Assembly (NCBI GenBank): GCA_032718475.1
Contig: JAUCBJ010008213.1
Span: 1 to 41,139 of the forward strand
Reading direction: 5' to 3'
Source: Nemertoderma westbladi
Lineage: Eukaryota; Animalia; Xenacoelomorpha
DNA length: 41,139 nt
Numbering within the stretch: position 1 is the stretch's first letter; each line of letters opens with the position of its first letter. The notes under the pieces are model-generated. The model was not told where the DNA came from. It ran no database searches and was given only the letters and a program-made list of their open reading frames with translations. This document shows positions 34,857 to 41,139 of this stretch, one piece after another. The translations under genes and the position numbers were made by a program.

Positions 34857-35009
34857 GTAACACCCCCTACCGGGTCAGCTCCAGAAGTCGAGGAAATCCA
34901 GCCAAGTACCTAACTGATCTAAACTTTGCTGATGACGTAGGATAACTCTCAGAATTAGGGAACCCAATGGTTCAGCAGCTCATTAGAAAAAAGGCAGCTT
35001 CTCGTGATG

Positions 35010-36142
35010 TGTAAAAGCTTTTGCGGACATAACAAGTCATTTTTACGCAATGCGCAGAATACTCTAAAATAGCCCTAAATTTATCCAACTACGCGACGGG
35101 AAGGAATTAGAACCAAGATGACGAAATCTGTCAGCTGATTCTTTGTGGACGTGGAGGTTATTTGTTCTGCATTATTCAGCCAATCAGAGCAATTTTACCT
35201 TTATGTCTAACAGAAACCTATGGAACTCGCGCAATGCATTACGGTCTTTGTTTACTATTTTCTGAGCATCAGAGCCAGCTCGGAATTTTCTGTGCTTCTG
35301 TGTGGAAGTTTCAGACTTTGGCCTAGGAACATCAGATGGCCTTGATTATAAGAACGTAAATCTATTAACTTAACTGACTGCATTTCATACTTGTCATACT
35401 TATTTGACGCACCACTGAACATTTCATAACTGCATAAGTAACACATACTGACATTTCACCGCATTATTTTACTTATGTTATTAATTGTTGTTATATTAAT
35501 GGATATTGCTGTTATATTTGGAGAATACCGATAAATAATCATAAACCCCTCAATCTTCTTGATTACTGAGGTAAGAGGAACAGGTTTACCGGTAGCAACT
35601 GCGACTTAAATTAAAGTGGTTTTGTGTGAATTAAATGCTATTTCATAATCCCTACGTGTGTCAGTTGCGATCCTCCTTATATATGATCAAATTCAGTGAC
35701 GGTCGGCAGATCAGTGTGCAGTAGTGTGAAGTAGTGTGAAGTCGTGTGAAGCAGTGTGAAGGTTAATAAAGCATCTCCTAAAGAATGCGCTATTTACGAA
35801 ACCCTGTGGCCATCTAGTTGTGATTAGTATAAGTCATAACTCTGTTTTTATACTTAAAGCGCCACGCCCTAAAGGAACTGTTAATATTTCCCCGAAAGTA
35901 AATATATTTGTCAGAGATTATATATTAACGATCAATCGAATAATACAGTAGGTCTACACTGCAATCACTCTCAAGGAATCCGAATCCAGTCTCCCACACC
36001 GTGGGTCATACGCCGCGCACGGACTGGCTTCGGCTTCAGTCTTCAGTACACTAGGTAATTGATATAGGCTAAAGTCGATTTATAAACAAGAGGACAACTA
36101 AAATTGGCAGGTTAAACTGCTAAAGGTCTAAAAGCGCGAACA
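35010..36142 (+). mobile_element. Solo LTR (1133 bp) related to the BEL/Pao LTR
   Basis: TGT...ACA termini; 5-bp TSD TGATG at 35005-35009 and 36143-36147; flanks rejoin as RTE sequence. Confidence 0.92.
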
Positions 36143-37949
36143 TGATGATCGTTTTGTTAACTCCAATAAGACAACAATTTTGAGAGATATTTTCGACAGT
36201 CCTCAGGAAATGTCTCATCGTATGAGCATAAGCCTGAAGATGGCGTGCTTGAGCATGTGGATGACTTCTGCAACATGGGATCATGGATTCGGAAGTTAGG
36301 TGAAAGCCTTCAAAATACATAAAGACGATGCATGTGCAGCTTTGAATGGGCTGTCTATCCACTGTCCAGTATTTATAATTCACATATAATATAGATATTG
36401 GGAAACTTAAGGTCCGATCATTTAGAGCAGCAGTAGTTCCAGTACTCCTCTAAGGCAGTCCATGCTGGGCTCCAACTGCCGAGGACACAAACTCTCTGGA
36501 AGGCACATTCCAAGAATGCTACGTCGGGTTCACAGTGTCAAAGACAATGAACACATCTCCAACCAGACACTATATAAAATTGTAGGTGTATCCTTGGTCC
36601 CCCCAAGCTTGACACATGAACAAAGCCGCCTCTGCATCGCAGTACATTTCTTTCGCCGTGAGTGCATAGAAATGGTCGGCAGCACATAAGTTCTTTGAGG
36701 CGCCTCTTAAAGGGCACTGGCCTTGAAGATGCGGATAATCTCGAGGAAGTCAAGATGCGTTTTGTGGCGGCGTTTTTAGCCGGCATAGCCATCCCATGCA
36801 GCAGCCTGTCGATTATAGATAGATAGAAATAACTATTGCTAAACGTTCTAGAAAAATGGAAACCTAATATGACTAAATTAAAAACTTTGAATGAATTCAG
36901 AAAGCAACGAGACACGTGAGTATAATGAGATTCCCTCGCATGCGGCACAACTACATGTAGTAATAGATGCACCGTACCTACCGTATGGCGTGTATCATTG
37001 CGCTAAACTAGCTCATCAACCTATAAGAGTTTCACCAGCAGAAACCTATTAACGGTACCCTAAAACGGCTGTCATTCAATTCATTGAGGGGAGCATTCTT
37101 AATACTGCAATAAATTACACAATAAATAATAGATTGAAATAAAAACTAATTATACGATATTTTCATGAGAACCAAGAATAATGTGCGTGAGTCAATGTAC
37201 CTGTTTTGCGAAGGATGAATGATTCAGCACCAACATAAATTATTATTAACACATATATCTCTAAGTGTACAGCACAAAAAGTAATTATTATTTAAATTTT
37301 ATTTTTTTTATCTGTTGAAGCAAGCAAGAAGTAAATACTTGGCAGGAATGTAAAAACAACACAAACTAAAAAAATGGCAACCTTTACAATATTAGATGCA
37401 TGCTGAAATCATTGATCAGTTGAGATCGGTAGTTCCAGAGGGAGAATAAACATGCACTATGAAACTAGGTGTAGTGAATTACTTACTGGGAGTACTACTG
37501 ACTACCTCACTAACTACTACTAACTAGTAACACCCTACTGGGAAGCAGCACCGCAAACAAGCGCCAATCACGTTTCCGATTATTGGTGATTGCCTTGGTG
37601 TAATTGCGGTAGTGGGGGATGTAATACAATTCAATATTTTATCTTGTTATTGCCCCCTTTTTGTTCCACGAAAAGGTCCGCAGAGGCACCAACTTATACA
37701 TTTTCATTTTTGTCTGACTATCTTAGTTCTGTGCATGTCGACAACACTAGTGGGGTGATTGAGCCCCAAATAACAGCTGATTACAATAACAATGTGACTC
37801 TATTGATTCTCGCTTATTATTATGGTTAGAATATCAAAAATAAAACAAAAAAGCCAAATGAATACGAAATTGTAGCATAATTATTGCTGCCACAGTAAGC
37901 TGTTCCTTTCCCTTGATTGATAAATAAACATTATTAATTCACCGAGAAG

Positions 37950-39350
37950 TGATATTAATTCACATAGATAAGACTTACGCCAAGTCAACCCTTGTATTAC
38001 ACTTGATACTAAAACATGTGGTTGACTTGTAGTTTATCTAAATGGTGAGTGTCAAACAGGTTACTGTAAACTAATATTTATTTAAAAAAATAATAAAAAC
38101 CTAAGAGATGGGCGGTTTGGGCAGATAAGAACGTGAAAGCGGTTCGAACAACAACTATTGCAGAACGAGCAGCAGCCGTTGGGGGAGAGGTTGTGGACCT
38201 GCTGTTTATTTTACAGAGTTTATGGTGGTACCCGTGGGCTGTTAACCGGGTGATAATATAGCGATTACATTGCCCCGGGCGTTTCCATGTTGAATTTGAG
38301 AACGCCGGCACAGCAGCGTAACCTTCCTCGACTAAGTTGTTCTCGCGGTCGCCGCGGAACAGTTTATATTGGTCCATTATGCGCTGGGTGATAACTGTTG
38401 GGGATTTATCCACTATAGTGTTAATAAATGTATTTACCTTAACGTGTTTAAAATGCTAGAGTAGATGAAGCAGTTATAAGAAGGCCTAACATGCGTTTAA
38501 TAAAGGTGGACTTTTCTTTGTCGATGTCTTTAAGGTGCGTTAAGTTTAGGAATGGGCCAAGTTCTGCAAGAGAATACGTTATAATTGGGGCAACTTTCGA
38601 ATAAAAAAAACAAGTAAAGTTTCAGTTGAGAGCAGATGTAGGTGAGAAAGGGAGCCAATTGCACCATAACATTTTCTTCTTTTTGGTTTTTATATGGTTG
38701 GTGAAGCACAGCGATGTTTGTAAGGTGTCACCGAGGTATTCATACTCATTAGAAATTGTAACGGGTTTGTGTGAAAGTGTCATTTTGAGCGAGACGCCGG
38801 TTATTTCTAAACTTAACTACTTTTGTTTTTACCATATTAACTTCCATTCCGTTATCTTTACACCAAGTTTGGAGGACGTTCAGACCACATTTAATTTCAT
38901 GGTTAGAACGCGAGCTCATCAGCTTAGAAAATATATTTAAGGAGGGCGATAGCGCGGTTAAAAGCTGAAGCTAGGTCCGCAATTAAGTTGATGAAGCACG
39001 TAGGTGAAAATATGTCTCCCTGTAATATTCCTCGCAGTTAAGTGATTGAACTGGATAAACGCAGGCCATCGAATATTTTAACCCTGTTGTTGTGAAGGTT
39101 TTTCATGATGTCATCTCGTAGTCTCCTAGTAGTTTCGACCGAACTACCATATCGAAAGCTTTGCGAAAATCGACAAAGGCAATGCACATTAACCTGTCTC
39201 GCTTGGTTGAACTATTTAAAGCCACTGATATGTCCGCTAGCAGCTTACGTAATGCACCAGCAGTAGACTTTCCAAATAGATAAACCAGATTTGTCGGCTG
39301 GAATCCCATTGGTGCTTAGGAGACATAACCGAACTCGTTTGTTTATTATA
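37950..39350 (-). mobile_element. Degenerate LINE RT fragment
   Basis: GKSTAGAL..AFVDFRKAFDMVVRSKLL (39103-39309), GILQGDIFSP (~39030), YEYLG (~38740); frameshifted. Confidence 0.75.
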
Positions 39351-39359
39351 CAGTAAATG

Positions 39360-39605
39360 TAATAACTATTTACATACTTGTGTGTAAAGTAGCACTTTAC
39401 AGTGTGATGATGCTATTTCTTTGTTACACGAACGAACGTTAGTGAGTGAGTGAAAATAAAGCCACGAGGATCAGAACACTGTAAAGTACTTCATTTCACT
39501 TAACTTTATTTTCACTAACTCACTAACGTTCGTTCGTGTAACAAAGCCACTCGGATCATCACACTGTAAAGTGCTATTTACATACAAGTATGTAAATAGT
39601 TATTA
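39360..39605. mobile_element. Palindromic MITE (~245 bp, ~100-bp arms), TA at both ends
   Basis: TAATAACTATTTACATACTTGT...GTTACACGAACGAACGTTAGTGAG..GAAAATAAAG is mirrored by CTTTATTTTCAC..CTAACGTTCGTTCGTGTAAC...ACAAGTATGTAAATAGTTATTA. Confidence 0.85.
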
Positions 39606-39979
39606 TTCCAAAATTGTAACATTGCCCAACGCTGTTAAATTCAAGGATACTTGCAAACAGTTAACAATTGTAAGTTCAATATTTCAAAAACCTATGGGGA
39701 ATGATAATGTTTCAGTGTCAACTATAACACCCACATCATCGTCCACATCTGGTTTTGCTATAGATGAATGTACAAAAAACGACTGTAATTCAGCAGCGCG
39801 CACTATAAAAGAAACATCACGCCCCAATTTGGATATTTGGCCAAACCGTTCTGATTGGCTGAATAATTTACCTAACAACACCAGCAATTTAAACTTTTGA
39901 ATGAAATTAACTGTAAAATATATAATATACAGCATTTATTAAATTGTATTTGATGATGCTAGAGAATTTAGGCCTATGT

Positions 39980-41139
39980 GTGGTGGTGAAAAAGTTGGAA
40001 CCCCAATGACAATAAGAATAACACTAAAACCAAATGCAGCAGTACCATATGCGCAGTTCATACTGCCCGTCAAATCCCTTATGCTTTAAGAGATAAAGTC
40101 AAACATAATTTAGATTATATGGTCAAAGAAAAATTATAGGACCTGTTGGCAATTTCCCAACTGTTTGGTGACATCCATTAGTTGTGGCCCCAAAACCAAA
40201 TGGCGATGTACGTCTCTGCGTAGACTTAACCAAATTAAATTGTCAGGTTTTACAAACTTCTTACCATACACAAAAACACCAAAATAAGCAATATCTGGTT
40301 TAACAATAGAAGACAACTTTTTTGCTAAGGTTGACTTAGTGAAAGGGTACTGGCTAATGCCGCTTGATACTAAATCACAAGAGTTAACTGTGTTTATAAC
40401 ACCATTTGGAAAATTTAAGTTTTTACGTTCCCCTATGGGATTTATTTCAACAGGTGATAGTTTTTCATACCGTGGTGATCAGGCTTTCATAGGATTAAAT
40501 GTACAGAAAGTTACAGATGACATTGCTATGGGATCTCCAACTATCAGAAAACTTGTGAGCATCGTTTGTGATGTCCTATAATGATGTGCATATTATAATT
40601 TTACTGTAAACCAAAATAAATCTATTCTTATATCCAAAGAGATTGATTTTTTTGGGTATAAAATATCACATGGAAACATATCAGCAGACCCTAACAAAGT
40701 GAATGCCATTTCAGACCTTCCAATACCTACCACTCGGACTGACCTCCGAAGCTTCCTAGGTCTCGTGAACCAATTGGGTTCTTTTAGTTCGGAAGTTGCA
40801 TCTGCAGCTAGTCCCCTTCGTGGATTATTAAGTCCGCGAAACGAATTCATATAGTTACCAGAACATAACCAGTCTTTCAAAAAAGTCAAAGCTGCTCTGC
40901 ATTACTAAGACCCCCTGTTCTTGGAATGTTTGACCCGAATGCAGATACCTGTTTGCAAACGGATGTTTCTCGCTTACATGGCATTGGTTTTGTTTTATTG
41001 CAAAAACAATTAGGATATTGGAAACTTATACAGTGTGGAAGCAGATTTTTAAAAGAAGCTGAAACCAGATATGCTATAGTTGAATTGGAAGCCTTGGCAA
41101 TCTTATGGTCGATTCGAAAATGTCATGTTTATTTATGTA
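39980..41139 (+). pseudogene. Ty3/Gypsy pol relic (RT-RNase H), continues beyond the window
   Basis: IPYALRDKV, KPNGDVRLCVDLTKLN, DLVKGYW..FITPFGKFKFLRSPMG, VTDD, FLGYKIS, LRSFLGLVN, QTDVS..GIGFVLLQ, ETRYAIVELEALAILW; stops and frameshifts present. Confidence 0.9.

Larger units (their letters stand above)
32755..36800 (+). mobile_element. Older degenerate RTE-clade LINE, interrupted by at least two later insertions
   Basis: Linker remnant QAWKSINLLTGRKS (~33030). RT pieces at 33575-33794, 34857-35009 and 36143-36790 are colinear with the younger RTE copy. Confidence 0.75.

Noticed and set aside
13722-36142. The two LTRs as ends of one 22-kb element
   Set aside because: They are in opposite orientation and substantially diverged, and the second has its own TSD.
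37555-37590. GCGCCAATCACG shared with the transposase promoter (24543)
   Set aside because: A single 12-mer around a common CCAAT box, with no associated ORF or array.

Overview
AT-rich animal (invertebrate-type) genomic DNA with spliceosomal introns; the taxon cannot be determined from the sequence. The host gene is Munc18/STXBP1 (unc-18/Rop): five coding exons at 3620-5931 (+), and I found no sixth exon in the remaining 35 kb. That remainder is almost all nested transposable elements: a 3'-truncated BEL/Pao LTR retrotransposon and two more copies of its LTR family, L2-, RTE- and other LINE relics, MITEs and a Gypsy pol relic. Highlight 1 is a 7,179-bp IS3EU-like DDE transposon (18503-25681, 6-bp TSD TTTGAC) that splits a LINE. 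Its terminal inverted repeats extend into kilobase arrays of a 20/21-bp unit built on the palindrome (T/A)CTCGCGAGA. Each array ends in a mirror-image double-CCAAT promoter facing one of two convergent ORFs: a transposase and a zinc-ribbon/partial-HECT protein. Highlight 2 is a compact antisense gene (about 30012-30812) for an unrecognised secreted protein with 16 cysteines. Several target-site duplications allow the insertion order to be reconstructed.
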